NCBI GenBank assembly: GCA_018062765.1
Contig: JAGORR010000001.1
Span: forward strand, 356,930 to 420,929
From: Minisyncoccota bacterium
GTDB taxonomy: Bacteria; Patescibacteriota; Minisyncoccia; Phycocordibacterales; Phycocordibacteraceae
Length of the DNA stretch: 64,000 nucleotides
Reading direction: 5' to 3'
In this document: positions 26,387-36,059 of the stretch, piece after piece
Layout of the letters: the number at the start of each line of letters is the position of its first letter
Numbering within the stretch: the first letter of the stretch is position 1
The notes under the pieces: generated by a model
Database searches by the model: none
The model's input: only the letters and a program-made list of their open reading frames with translations
Told to the model about the DNA's origin: nothing
Made by a program: the position numbers and the translations under genes

Positions 26387-26483
26387 CAATCAGCAACCCG
26401 CCATAGTGCGGGTTGCGCATTTACCTGACTCAGCCTAGATTCGGATGGGGGTGCATGCTGCACCCGAACGGCTAGGAGGCCAA

Positions 26484-27245
26484 ATGACCGACAATACCGA
26501 GTACGACCTGCACGGATACGAGCCAGGGCATGACGATACGCCGCTCGTACTTCTAGAGAAAGCAGGAGGATTTTACGAATGTCCGCGCGATGCTGATGGC
26601 AAGCGCATCGGACCGCTTGTTGGCTACGCGGGGAAGTACGGATCCGACGAGCTCCAGTACGTCGGCGATGTCTATGCGAATTTCGGGAAGCTCGAGCGAT
26701 GGCCACATCTGGTCGAATCGATCGTCGATACGACGGACCTGATCGCGCTCTACGAATATCCGATTGACGTGATCTGCGGCGTCCCTGAAGGCGGCCGTAC
26801 GCTCGGTCAAGAAGTGGCTCGTCAGCTGCGCTCTGCGTTCGTCTATCCGGTCAAATCCATCGTGAAGCCCGCGACCGAGACGCACCGACAGGAAGAAGCG
26901 CTGGTCTTCAGTCGCGAAGAGCCGTGGGCCGGTCATCGGGTCTGGATATCGGAAGATGTCGTCAATAACATGACGAACACCGAAGAGACCATCGCCGGCA
27001 TCGAAGCATTCGGTGCAACTGTCGAGGGCATCTGCTGTTTCTTGAATCGTTCGGAAACGAACGATCACGAGTACACCACGAGGTCGGGTCGCACGATACC
27101 TATCGTCTATGCGGTCAGGAAGACCTACTCGCAGTGGCAGCAGGATGACCCTGCGGTCGCCCTCGATATGCAGTCGGGAAATTTCGCCTTGAAGCCGAAG
27201 AAGGAGTGGTCGCGCCTCATGAGCGCCATGAATGCCGCTCGCTAA
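26484..27245 (+). CDS. phosphoribosyltransferase-family protein (orotate PRTase-like)
   Basis: ORF track 26445..27245. ATG 26484 is preceded by AGGAGG. PRPP-binding-like motif VWISEDVVNNMTNTEET. Convergent with pyrF. Confidence 0.6.
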   Translation: MTDNTEYDLHGYEPGHDDTPLVLLEKAGGFYECPRDADGKRIGPLVGYAGKYGSDELQYVGDVYANFGKLERWPHLVESIVDTTDLIALYEYPIDVICGVPEGGRTLGQEVARQLRSAFVYPVKSIVKPATETHRQEEALVFSREEPWAGHRVWISEDVVNNMTNTEETIAGIEAFGATVEGICCFLNRSETNDHEYTTRSGRTIPIVYAVRKTYSQWQQDDPAVALDMQSGNFALKPKKEWSRLMSAMNAAR

Positions 27246-27256
27246 GATAAACGATA

Positions 27257-27284
27257 AAGGCCGCGCGTGTAAACGCGCGGCCTT
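27257..27284. terminator. bidirectional terminator hairpin
   Basis: AAGGCCGCGCG-tgtaaa-CGCGCGGCCTT. Confidence 0.65.
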
Positions 27285-27297
27285 CTACGTTGCAAGC

Positions 27298-28017
27298 CTA
27301 AAGATCGCCAAGGTGCTTGCGATACTCCAGGTACCGTTCTTGAGGGTTCGCATGCGACAGATAGTCGCGGCCGATAATCGTGACTGTCGCGCCGCTCTCG
27401 TAGGCGAACAGAGTTGTCTCGATGTTCTTCTGGTCATGTGCATTGCCGCCCGGAAGACGTGTTCCAGGAACAACAGTCCGAAGGTCGGGGAACTTCTCCG
27501 AGATCTCCCTCACTTCGTTCGCAGCACAGACGACGCCCCAGAGTCCGGATTCGAGTGCGAAACCGGCAAGCTGCAGCACCTTCTCAAGGCGCCGCATGCC
27601 GTACATCTCGACGCACTGCCGGTCGCTGAGCGAAGTCGGCACGGTAACGCCCAGGATGCCGAAGTCGGTACCGCCGTTGTCATCGAAGGCCTTCACTGCC
27701 GCGCGCATCATCTCCCTCCCGCCGGTAGTGTGGACGGTGATGAGAGAAGCGCCCGCTCTCGTGAACTTCGCGACGCTGTTTGCGACCGTGTTAGGTATGT
27801 CGTGCAGCTTTGGGTCTGCGAAGACATGTCCGTACTCTTTCAGAATCTCGATGAGCGTCGTAGCACCTACTTCGCCGATGAGCGCGTCATTTACCTTGAC
27901 GCCGAGGAAACGCTCCTTGTTGTCGGATGCCACCGATATCGCGGTGCCAAGAGACATCCCGTCGAGCGCGAGAAACGCAGACTCATGCAGGCGAAACACA
28001 CGTGTCGATTCGGTCAC
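27298..28017 (-). CDS. pyrF: orotidine 5'-phosphate decarboxylase
   Basis: ORF track 27298..28059 starts at GTG. GTG 28017 is preceded by GGGAGG and is preferred. Motifs are FLALDG, LGVKV and FADPKLHDIPNTV. Confidence 0.88.
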   Translation of the reverse strand: MTESTRVFRLHESAFLALDGMSLGTAISVASDNKERFLGVKVNDALIGEVGATTLIEILKEYGHVFADPKLHDIPNTVANSVAKFTRAGASLITVHTTGGREMMRAAVKAFDDNGGTDFGILGVTVPTSLSDRQCVEMYGMRRLEKVLQLAGFALESGLWGVVCAANEVREISEKFPDLRTVVPGTRLPGGNAHDQKNIETTLFAYESGATVTIIGRDYLSHANPQERYLEYRKHLGDL

Positions 28018-28115
28018 AGTGACCTCCCAAGGCTCAGAATTGAGCCATTCCGGACGCACCCTACCACAGAGACTACATTCTCAAAAACCGAGGAGTGACG
28101 TAGGATGTGAGCTAC

Positions 28116-28196
28116 GCCGGGGTGGCGAAATGGTAAACGCAGAGGATTCAAAACCCTCCGCCGCAAGGCTTGAGAGTTCAAGTCTCTCCCCCGGCA
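28116..28196 (+). tRNA. tRNA-Leu (anticodon CAA)
   Basis: Hand-folded. Acceptor GCCGGGG/CCCCGGC. Anticodon loop TTCAAAA with an A-C mismatch closing the stem. Long variable arm. T arm GAGAG-TTCAAGT-CTCTC. Confidence 0.88.
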
Positions 28197-28362
28197 CAAA
28201 GCGCGAAGCGCGCATGGTCGGGGAGTACCCTGCCTGCGCAGGGTACGTGAGAGACTTGAACGCCGGAGCGATGATTCGTCAGCAGACGAATCCGCGAGGC
28301 AAGGCTATGAAAATTCTCGAGTGACGGCGAGAGAATTATTCCTGGCCAAGCCTTCCCCGGCA
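28197..28362 (+). repeat. tRNA-trailer structured element, copy 1 after tRNA-Leu-CAA
   Basis: Order:
- TACCCTG-cctgcg-CAGGGTA
- GAGAGACTTGAAC, a 13-nt exact antisense of the tRNA T-arm
- GATTCGTC-AGCA-GACGAATC
- AATTCTC-gAGTGACGGCg-GAGAATT
- CCAAGCCTTCCCCGGCA (mimic). Confidence 0.8.
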
Positions 28363-28509
28363 CATGAAGCACGCGCAGCGTGCGAAGGGCTCGTGGGTGG
28401 GACTTGAACGCCGGAGCGATGCTTCATCAGCAGATGAAGCCGTGAGCTGGGGTCGCGGAAAATGCCATGTGACGACATGGCATTTATTCGCGACCAAGCC
28501 ACCCCGGCA
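28363..28509 (+). repeat. tRNA-trailer structured element, copy 2 after tRNA-Leu-CAA
   Basis: Order:
- GCACG-cgcag-CGTGC
- GGGTGGGACTTGAAC
- GCTTCATC-AGCA-GATGAAGC
- GGTCGCG..AAATGCCATGT-GACG-ACATGGCATTT..CGCGACC
- AAGCCACCCCGGCA. Confidence 0.8.
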
Positions 28510-28555
28510 CGTGACAAATATGTTGCGCGCATAAGCGCATGCTAAAATCCTTCAC

Positions 28556-29575
28556 ATGACAGAGCCGATGCGATCAGTAGAGCCGACACGATACGACTCC
28601 GTGTATTGGGTCGATACTGACAAGGTCAAACCGAATCCCTATCAGCCCCGGAAGGAGTTCGACGAAGAGCGTCTGAAGTCGCTTGCAGAAAGTATTCGCC
28701 AGTACGGGATACTGCAGCCCTTGACCGTAACACGCGTCGAGATAGCGCGCATGGATGGAGGACTCGCGACCGAGTACGAGCTCATCGCTGGAGAGCGCCG
28801 GCTCCGTGCCTCGAAGCTTATCGGTCTCAAGCAGGTACCGGTCGTTATTCGTATCGGAGAAGAATCAGGCAAGGTAAAGCTCGAGCTTGCCATCATCGAG
28901 AACCTGCAGCGTGAGGACCTTAACGCAATCGACCGAGCGCAGGCACTGAACCAGCTCGTAAAGGAGTTCGATCTCTCTCATGCGGAAGTGGGTGAAAAGA
29001 TAGGACGCTCGCGTGAGTATGTCTCGAACTCCATCCGTCTGTTGGCGCTCCCGCCGCAAGTGCAGCAGGCTGTCGTCAATCGCGAGCTTTCCGAGGGGCA
29101 TGCCCGGGCACTCCTCATGATCGCCGATAAGCCGGTTGAGATGGAAACTCTGTTCAAGGAAATTGTCCTTAAGAAAACGTCTGTGCGCCACGTCGAGCAG
29201 ATGGTGCGTCGACTTGCACAGGACAAGATTCGCAAGCACGACAAGACACCAGAGATGATGGCGCTCGAGAAGTCGCTTACGGAAACCCTAGGTACGCGCG
29301 TCCTCATCGAGAATCGCCCGCAAGGCGGACGTCTCCTCATCGAGTTTTTCTCGCCAGAGGACCTTTCCAATATAGTCTCTCAGCTTGCGACGAAGGAGGA
29401 TACTTCTTTCGGAGAGCCGGGAGCACCAGAGGTGTCCGCAACTTCCCATATCGAACATGCGAACACGTCTCAGATTACGGATGAGGTAGCAACAACTCCG
29501 CTAGCAGCACCAGCACCAGCATCAACAGCAGCAGAGCAGGATGATCTTGATTCCATCAAGAACTTCAGCGTCTAG
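28556..29575 (+). CDS. parB: ParB/Spo0J chromosome-partitioning protein
   Basis: 339 aa. Contains IRQYGILQPLTV and YELIAGERRLRASKL (ParB box), then an HTH region. No parA gene is adjacent. Confidence 0.92.
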   Translation: MTEPMRSVEPTRYDSVYWVDTDKVKPNPYQPRKEFDEERLKSLAESIRQYGILQPLTVTRVEIARMDGGLATEYELIAGERRLRASKLIGLKQVPVVIRIGEESGKVKLELAIIENLQREDLNAIDRAQALNQLVKEFDLSHAEVGEKIGRSREYVSNSIRLLALPPQVQQAVVNRELSEGHARALLMIADKPVEMETLFKEIVLKKTSVRHVEQMVRRLAQDKIRKHDKTPEMMALEKSLTETLGTRVLIENRPQGGRLLIEFFSPEDLSNIVSQLATKEDTSFGEPGAPEVSATSHIEHANTSQITDEVATTPLAAPAPASTAAEQDDLDSIKNFSV

Positions 29576-29700
29576 CGCGTGCGTCAAAAAAGCCCCGATA
29601 CTTTGTCACGCATCACTCGAAAACGCTCAACGTACAGATGCGTACGCCTCGCATTTTCTCGATCGCGCTCCTTGTCTCAGGGCTTTTTTGACAGCACGCG
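29576..29700. repeat. about 20-bp inverted repeat enclosing about 84 nt between convergent parB and rel
   Basis: Left arm CGCGTGCGTCAAAAAAGCCC (29576-29595). Right arm GGGCTTTTTTGACAGCACGCG (29680-29700). They are complementary apart from one extra base. Confidence 0.7.
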
Positions 29701-29705
29701 AGATC

Positions 29706-31352
29706 CTAACGGCGCGTTTTCGGAAGTATCCGCTTTTTCGCGCGCCTCCTCGGTACTGCCGCTTCCGCGACCTTGTGCTCCTTATCGGCGACTTGTAGCC
29801 GAATGTGGCGCTTCGCGAGAGAGGTCTTCGCATACTCGAGCCACTTTTTCGTTGGATGTGCTGAGTCTCGCGTCATAATTTCAACCTGATCTCCGTTACG
29901 AAGCTTCGTATCAAGAGATACAAGCTTGCCGTTAATCTTTGCGCCATTCATGTGGTTACCGAGGTCCGAATGTATAGCGTACGCAAAATCGACAGGGGTA
30001 GATTCGTACGGAAGGTCGATTGCATCGCCTCTCGGAGTGAATACAAATACGCGGTGTGAGAAGAAGTCCTCTTTGAGTCCTTCGATGAATTCTTCTGAGC
30101 CCTCAATTCCTGCGTGACCATCACGTAAATCTCTAAGCCACTGCGGGGTGTCTTTTATTTCTACTGGCGATGTGCCAGGAGCCGTCGGTTTCTTGGAATA
30201 GCGAAGTAGGGACGGAATGAGTCCGCGTATCCAGGAAAGTGAAAGCCGCTCAAATGCGCTCTTCTGACTTGCCGCGTCTAGTTTCTCGATACCCTTACCG
30301 AGCTGCTTGTAGGAAAGGTGTGAAGCGATACCGAACTGCGCGCGCTGGTGCATCTCCTCTGTGCGTACCTGCATCTCTACGATTCCCGCTTCAGCAGTGA
30401 GTGTCGTCGTATGGAGGGACTGATAACCGTTCGGCTTGGGGAACGCGATGTAGTCCTTGAACTCGCCCGGCAATGGTTTCCATAAGGAGTGGATGACACC
30501 AAGCGCCAAGTAACAGTCATCTACCGTAGGCACGATGACGCGAAGCGCCGCTATGTCGTGAATCTTTGTGATGTCGTCATGCTTTCGCTTCAACTTCTGG
30601 TGCAGACTCCAGAGACCCTTTGTGCGAATCTCGGTCTTGAACTTCGTGACGCCGCGCTTGGCGAGCTCTTTTTGGAGCGCTTTCTGTATACGTGCGAGTC
30701 CCTCCTCGTTCTCTTTGGTCTTGAGCTTCCTTACTTCTACCGCGTGCGCATAGGCGTCCGGGTCCACGTAGGGGAATGCCATATCTTCTAACTGCTTTTT
30801 TATACGTCCCATGCCAAGTCGGTCGGCAATCGGTGCGTATATTTCCAACGTCTCCATCGCGATGCGCTTACGCTTCTCCTCAGGCACATGCTCGATAGTC
30901 GTCATGTTATGGAAACGGTCGAGAAGCTTCACGATGAGTACGCGGATATCAGCAGAAGTAGCGACCAAGAGGCGTCTAAGGCTCTCTGCATGACGCTCGG
31001 CGCCCCGATACTTGTGCTTCCCGAGCTTCGTCACTCCTTCGACAAGAAAAAGGACTTCCTTGCCAAACTCGCGCTCGACTTCTTCGGATGTGGCCTTCGC
31101 GTCTTCGATTGAATCATGTAAAAGACCTGCGGCTATCGCAGGTGCATCCATGCCAAACTCCGCTAAATGCTTCGCGACAGCGGATGGGTGTACGAAATAC
31201 GGCTCACCGGAATAGCGCGCGTGTCCCTCATGCGCTCTCTTTCCAAACTCGTACGCTTTTGTGATAAGGGCGATGTCCTCTGCAGAGGGACTTCGCATGG
31301 CTGCCACAATCTCTTTGGCGCTCGTCACGGCTACAGCATACCAAATCGGCAC
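29706..31352 (-). CDS. rel: RelA/SpoT-family (p)ppGpp synthetase/hydrolase (HD + synthetase + TGS, no ACT domain)
   Basis: 548 aa. HD region is HEGHARYSGEPYFVHPSAVA...LLHDSIED. RelA_SpoT synthetase core is present. TGS region is VFVFTPRGDAIDLPYESTPVDFAYAIH. Confidence 0.93.
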   Translation of the reverse strand: MPIWYAVAVTSAKEIVAAMRSPSAEDIALITKAYEFGKRAHEGHARYSGEPYFVHPSAVAKHLAEFGMDAPAIAAGLLHDSIEDAKATSEEVEREFGKEVLFLVEGVTKLGKHKYRGAERHAESLRRLLVATSADIRVLIVKLLDRFHNMTTIEHVPEEKRKRIAMETLEIYAPIADRLGMGRIKKQLEDMAFPYVDPDAYAHAVEVRKLKTKENEEGLARIQKALQKELAKRGVTKFKTEIRTKGLWSLHQKLKRKHDDITKIHDIAALRVIVPTVDDCYLALGVIHSLWKPLPGEFKDYIAFPKPNGYQSLHTTTLTAEAGIVEMQVRTEEMHQRAQFGIASHLSYKQLGKGIEKLDAASQKSAFERLSLSWIRGLIPSLLRYSKKPTAPGTSPVEIKDTPQWLRDLRDGHAGIEGSEEFIEGLKEDFFSHRVFVFTPRGDAIDLPYESTPVDFAYAIHSDLGNHMNGAKINGKLVSLDTKLRNGDQVEIMTRDSAHPTKKWLEYAKTSLAKRHIRLQVADKEHKVAEAAVPRRRAKKRILPKTRR

Positions 31353-31373
31353 TCTCGACGACAGAATGCGAAG

Positions 31374-33803
31374 TTACTTGAGGTATTCGAGTGCCTCGAC
31401 AACAGAAAGCGAGTGAGGAGAAACGCTTTCGGGAATGTAGATGCGCCGCAGACCCTTCTTAAGGAAATGACCCTGCTTTGACTTATAGAGAATGACTGTC
31501 TTTCCGGTGCGCGGATGCTTACCCAGTTCCTTCATGCTCTCAACGCCGCGTGGCGGCTTCTTCGGCTCCTTGATGAGCGCGAGCGCGTGCTCGAGAGTGA
31601 TTGTATAAGGGTCCAGAGGCGCCTTTAACGAACGAAACTCGCCATCATGGACTACGAACGGGCCGAATCGACCGACTCCCGACGAAATCATCTTCCCGGT
31701 GTCGGGGTTCACGCCAAGTTCTCGCGGAAGCGATAGCCACTTCACCGCGTCGGCAAGGGTGATGGTAGCGAGGTCAGTTCCAGGAGGGACGCTGGCGCGC
31801 TTCGCTTCAATCTTCACCTTCTTAGGTTTTTTGGCTCGCGCCGGTTTCTTCGCTGCTTTTCTCTTCTTGGGTTTCTCTTCTTCCTTGGGCTCCTCAGTCA
31901 GGCTGTCAGCTACCAGCTCTGAGCTAACAGCTTGTTTCAATGGCATCTCCACATACGGGCCGAAGCGTCCGGTTTTGATGTATACGGGCATCCCGGTGTC
32001 CGGGTGCGTGCCGATAGGCTCATCCGGACGTATCTCGGTTCCATCCTCGCCGCGCGCACCTTCGCACTCCGGGTAGCGCTTGCAGCTCATGAATACACCA
32101 CCACGCCCGAGCTTGAATTCCATCGCGCTCTCACAGTCAGGGCAATGGAACTTCTCAGGGACGTCACCCAGCGAAGTCGCTTTCGGCAGATCCTCCTTCG
32201 CATCGACCGCTTTCCTGAACGGCTTATAGAATTCCGCGAGCGTCTTCTCGTACTCGCGTTCGCCGCGCGCTATCTCGTCGAGCTCGTCCTCCATCTCAGC
32301 CGTGAATGAATCGCTGATGTACTCGGCAAAATGCTCCTCGAGCCACCCCGACACCACCATGCCGGTAGCCGTAGGCATCAAGGTACGTCCTTCCTTGAGA
32401 GCATACTCGCGGTCCTGGATTGTCTTCATGATGGACGCGTACGTCGATGGGCGGCCGATGCCGCGCTTCTCAAGCTCCTTCACAAGCCCTGCCTCGGTGT
32501 AGCGGTTGGGCGGCTCCGTCTGCTTCTCGGTCCCTTCGAGAGACTTCAACTCGACGACCTCTCCCTCAGCGAGCTTCGGAAGCTCCACGTCCTCACCGCG
32601 CGCTTTGGTGTCGAGCGCGAGCCATCCAGGGAAGGTAACGCGGGAGCCGTTCGCGGTAAACGCAGGTACACCCGGCGTCGCAACCGATACGCTCGTGCGC
32701 AACACCTTGGCTGCTGCCATCTGGCTCGCAAGCGCACGCGTACGGATGAGCTCATAGAGATTCGCCTCATCGGTCGTCGAGCCGGCTTTCTCGCGCGCAG
32801 GGTCAGTCGGGCGCACTGCCTCGTGCGCTTCCTGAGCATTCTTCGACTTGGTCTTGTATTCCCGACGGTCGACGTACTCCTTGCCGAACTTCCTCTCGAC
32901 GATGCTGAGTATCGCGTTTACGGCATCCTTGCCTAGATTCACGGAGTCCGTGCGCATGTAGGTGATGTGACCGGCTTCATAGAGCTTCTGCGCGGCGCGC
33001 ATGGTGCGTGATGGCGAGAATCCGAGACGCGTAGAAGCAACCTGTTGCAGGGTGGAGGTCGTGAACGGCGGACGGGGATTACGATCCTCCGCACGCTCTA
33101 CGACCTTTGCGACAGACCATGCGCCTGCCTTGCCTGCAGCCAGGAGCTTGTCCGCTTCCTCGCGTGTCTTCGGCTCTTCGGAACAGGTCGCGGAGAATTC
33201 CCCGCTCTTCGCCTTGAAAAGTGCGGAGAGCACGAAATACGTCACCGGAACGAATGCCTGGATCTCGCGCTCGCGCTCGGCGAGTATGCGAAGCGCAGGG
33301 GACTGCACGCGGCCGGCGGAGAGCCCGTAGCGCACTTTCTTCCAGATAAGGCCCGAGAGGTCGTACCCCACGATGCGGTCGAGGACGCGGCGCGCCTCCT
33401 GCGCCTTTCTGAGGTCCTCATCTATATGGCGCGGGTGCGTAAGCGCTTCCTCAATGGCCGCCTTGGTGATCTCATGGAATACGACGCGCTTAGGGTGTTT
33501 CAGTCCAACCGCCTCCTTTATATGCCACGAGATGGCCTCGCCCTCGCGATCGGGGTCGGTCGCAAGGTATATCTCATCCGCCTTCGCAGCAGCCCGTCTG
33601 ATGCGTTCGATAACGTCGAGCTTTCCAGGGGAAATGATGTAGTGAGGACGGAATCCCTTCTCGATATCTATAGCGTTCTTGTCGCTTTTCGGGAGGTCAC
33701 GCACGTGACCCACGGAGGCAAGCACCTCGTATTCCTTACCGAGGTACTGCTGTATGGTGCGCGCTTTCGCGGGCGACTCGACTATGAGCAGCTTCTTCGC
33801 CAT
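31374..33803 (-). CDS. topA: DNA topoisomerase I
   Basis: 809 aa. Toprim start LLIVESPAKARTI. Catalytic region includes GHITYMRTDS. C-terminal zinc-ribbon motifs (CPDCES..C, CKRYPEC). Confidence 0.96.
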   Translation of the reverse strand: MAKKLLIVESPAKARTIQQYLGKEYEVLASVGHVRDLPKSDKNAIDIEKGFRPHYIISPGKLDVIERIRRAAAKADEIYLATDPDREGEAISWHIKEAVGLKHPKRVVFHEITKAAIEEALTHPRHIDEDLRKAQEARRVLDRIVGYDLSGLIWKKVRYGLSAGRVQSPALRILAEREREIQAFVPVTYFVLSALFKAKSGEFSATCSEEPKTREEADKLLAAGKAGAWSVAKVVERAEDRNPRPPFTTSTLQQVASTRLGFSPSRTMRAAQKLYEAGHITYMRTDSVNLGKDAVNAILSIVERKFGKEYVDRREYKTKSKNAQEAHEAVRPTDPAREKAGSTTDEANLYELIRTRALASQMAAAKVLRTSVSVATPGVPAFTANGSRVTFPGWLALDTKARGEDVELPKLAEGEVVELKSLEGTEKQTEPPNRYTEAGLVKELEKRGIGRPSTYASIMKTIQDREYALKEGRTLMPTATGMVVSGWLEEHFAEYISDSFTAEMEDELDEIARGEREYEKTLAEFYKPFRKAVDAKEDLPKATSLGDVPEKFHCPDCESAMEFKLGRGGVFMSCKRYPECEGARGEDGTEIRPDEPIGTHPDTGMPVYIKTGRFGPYVEMPLKQAVSSELVADSLTEEPKEEEKPKKRKAAKKPARAKKPKKVKIEAKRASVPPGTDLATITLADAVKWLSLPRELGVNPDTGKMISSGVGRFGPFVVHDGEFRSLKAPLDPYTITLEHALALIKEPKKPPRGVESMKELGKHPRTGKTVILYKSKQGHFLKKGLRRIYIPESVSPHSLSVVEALEYLK

Positions 33804-33864
33804 TCAGTCAGTCATAACGCGACACTATATATATGGTCAAGCATCGAATATGCGATGAAGGCGA

Positions 33865-34722
33865 CTACACGCGTCTCCACAGGCCGAATTCCTCACGGAC
33901 GAAGCCATTCAATTCGAGTGATGCGAGCGCGGAAAGCGCACGACCGGCTGGAAGGCTCGTAGCACGCAACAGGTCATCGCGGGACAACGGCTCAACTAGG
34001 GCGTCATGCATGACACGCTCATCATCGGACATCGCCTGCGAGGGCGAAGCGAGAGCAGAACGTTCCTGTATGCCGAGAACCTCAAGGATATGGGCAGGCT
34101 CAGAGACGAGTACGGCACCAAGGCGTATGAAAAGGTGCGCCCCAAATCCGCCTGGGTCGCCGATGCGGTAGGGAACGCAGAGCAGGTCGCGGTTATAGTC
34201 GGTCGCGAGCCTTGCGGTAATGAGCGTCCCGGACTTTTCACCGGCTTCGATGATCAGAGTCCCCGCGGACATTCCCGCCATGATGCGGTTACGAGACGGG
34301 AAGAACTCGGGGCGAGCAAGCGTACCTGGTGCGTGCTCCGAAAGAAGTGCTCCTCCCGAGCCCAGTATCCGCTTCGCGAGCGCTTGATTAGTCACGGGCG
34401 CTATCGAATCATCATCTATCGCGGAGCCTGGTATGGCGATCGTATGGAGTCCGGTACGGAGCGCTGCCTCGTGCGCGCAGGCGTCTGCACCCAATGCAAG
34501 ACCCGAGACGATGGATACGGGATAGCCGCGAAGCCCTGTGATCAGTTTCGTGCATGCTTCGCGCCCGTACGAGGAAAGCGCGCGGGAACCGACGACTGCG
34601 AGATATGTCGTACCTTCCGGCGCGAGCGTGCCGCGCAGCCAGAGCGAAGGCGGCGCATCAGGAATCTCCCGGAGCAGCGCCGGATATTCGCTTGCTTCAA
34701 GTTGTCGCAAGCCCTCCGCCAT
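33865..34722 (-). CDS. dprA: DNA processing protein DprA (Smf)
   Basis: 285 aa. Contains AVVGSRALSSYGREA and IVSGLALGADACAHEAAL. The dprA-topA order is conserved. Confidence 0.9.
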   Translation of the reverse strand: MAEGLRQLEASEYPALLREIPDAPPSLWLRGTLAPEGTTYLAVVGSRALSSYGREACTKLITGLRGYPVSIVSGLALGADACAHEAALRTGLHTIAIPGSAIDDDSIAPVTNQALAKRILGSGGALLSEHAPGTLARPEFFPSRNRIMAGMSAGTLIIEAGEKSGTLITARLATDYNRDLLCVPYRIGDPGGFGAHLFIRLGAVLVSEPAHILEVLGIQERSALASPSQAMSDDERVMHDALVEPLSRDDLLRATSLPAGRALSALASLELNGFVREEFGLWRRV

Positions 34723-34742
34723 ACTATGCTGGCTAAGTATAT

Positions 34743-36059
34743 ATGCTGGATATCCACTTCATCCGCGAGAATGCTGACATCGTGAAGATGGCAGCCCAGA
34801 AGAAGAAGGTCGATGTCGATATCGATCGCCTCCTCGTCGTCGACGAAGAACGAAAGGCGATACGACAGCAATTGGACGACAAGCGCGCCGAGCAGAACCG
34901 AGCATCCGGACGAATCTCGCTTGCGGGCGGTGAGGAGCGCTCGAAACTCATAGAGTCCATGCAGCACCTGAAGGAGGGTATGAAGGAGCTCGAGGAGCAG
35001 TTCACTAAGGCGACCGAGGAGTGGACGAAGCTCATGCTCGCGGTCCCTAATCTCCCGTCTCCGGACACTCCGGAGGGCGAGGACGAGGCAGGTAACAAAG
35101 TGGTGCGCGAGTGGGGTAAGCCGACTGCGTTTTCGTTCGCACCCAAGGCGCACTGGGATATCGGTCGCGACCTCGACATCATCGATACCGATACCGCAGG
35201 CGCGGTTTCCGGCGCGCGGTTCTCATACCTTAAGGGTGACCTCGCGATGATGCAGTTCGCGCTCATCCAATTCGCGATGAAGACGCTCACTTCGCGAGAA
35301 ACTTTGGAGAAGATAGCGCAGGAGGCAGGGCTTGAGGTGGACACGCGCCCGTTCGTGCCGGTCATCCCGCCCGTGATGGTGCGCGCAGAGGTCGCCGGCC
35401 GCATGGCACGCCTGCATCCTTTGGACGAGCGCTACTACTTTGAGAAGGACGACATCCTCCTGGTCGGGAGCGCCGAGCATACCCTGGGTCCTATACACAT
35501 GGACCAGATTCTCGAGGACGAGCGGCTGCCGATACGGTATGTCGGCTATTCGACCGCATTCCGGCGCGAAGCCGGTGCTGCCGGGAAGGACACGCGCGGG
35601 ATACTGCGCCAGCATCAGTTCGATAAGATAGAGATGGAGAGCTTCACCAGGCCCGAGGACGGATACAAGGAGCAGGATTTCTTCGTCGCGATACAGGAAT
35701 ACCTCATGCGTTCCCTGGAGCTCCCGCACCAGACGTTGATCGTCTGCACTGGCGATATGGGAAAGCCCGATCAGCGGCAGTTCGATATCAATACGTGGAT
35801 GCCGGGACAGGATACCTATCGCGAGACGCACACTTCCGACTACATGGGAAGCTATCAGGCGCGTCGCCTCAATACGCGCGTCAGGCTCGCGTCCGGCGAT
35901 ACGACGCCGGTGCATATGAACGACGCCACCGCATTCGCCATCGGCCGTACCCTTATAGCGATACTCGAGAACTACCAGCAGGAGGACGGGAGCGTGCGCG
36001 TTCCGACGGTACTCGTTCCTTATGTCGGCAAAGAGATCCTGGGACATAACGCCGGGTAA
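34743..36059 (+). CDS. serS: seryl-tRNA synthetase
   Basis: 438 aa. N-terminal coiled-coil arm. Class II core (FRREAGAAGKDTRGILRQHQF, TAFAIGRTL). Confidence 0.95.
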   Translation: MLDIHFIRENADIVKMAAQKKKVDVDIDRLLVVDEERKAIRQQLDDKRAEQNRASGRISLAGGEERSKLIESMQHLKEGMKELEEQFTKATEEWTKLMLAVPNLPSPDTPEGEDEAGNKVVREWGKPTAFSFAPKAHWDIGRDLDIIDTDTAGAVSGARFSYLKGDLAMMQFALIQFAMKTLTSRETLEKIAQEAGLEVDTRPFVPVIPPVMVRAEVAGRMARLHPLDERYYFEKDDILLVGSAEHTLGPIHMDQILEDERLPIRYVGYSTAFRREAGAAGKDTRGILRQHQFDKIEMESFTRPEDGYKEQDFFVAIQEYLMRSLELPHQTLIVCTGDMGKPDQRQFDINTWMPGQDTYRETHTSDYMGSYQARRLNTRVRLASGDTTPVHMNDATAFAIGRTLIAILENYQQEDGSVRVPTVLVPYVGKEILGHNAG

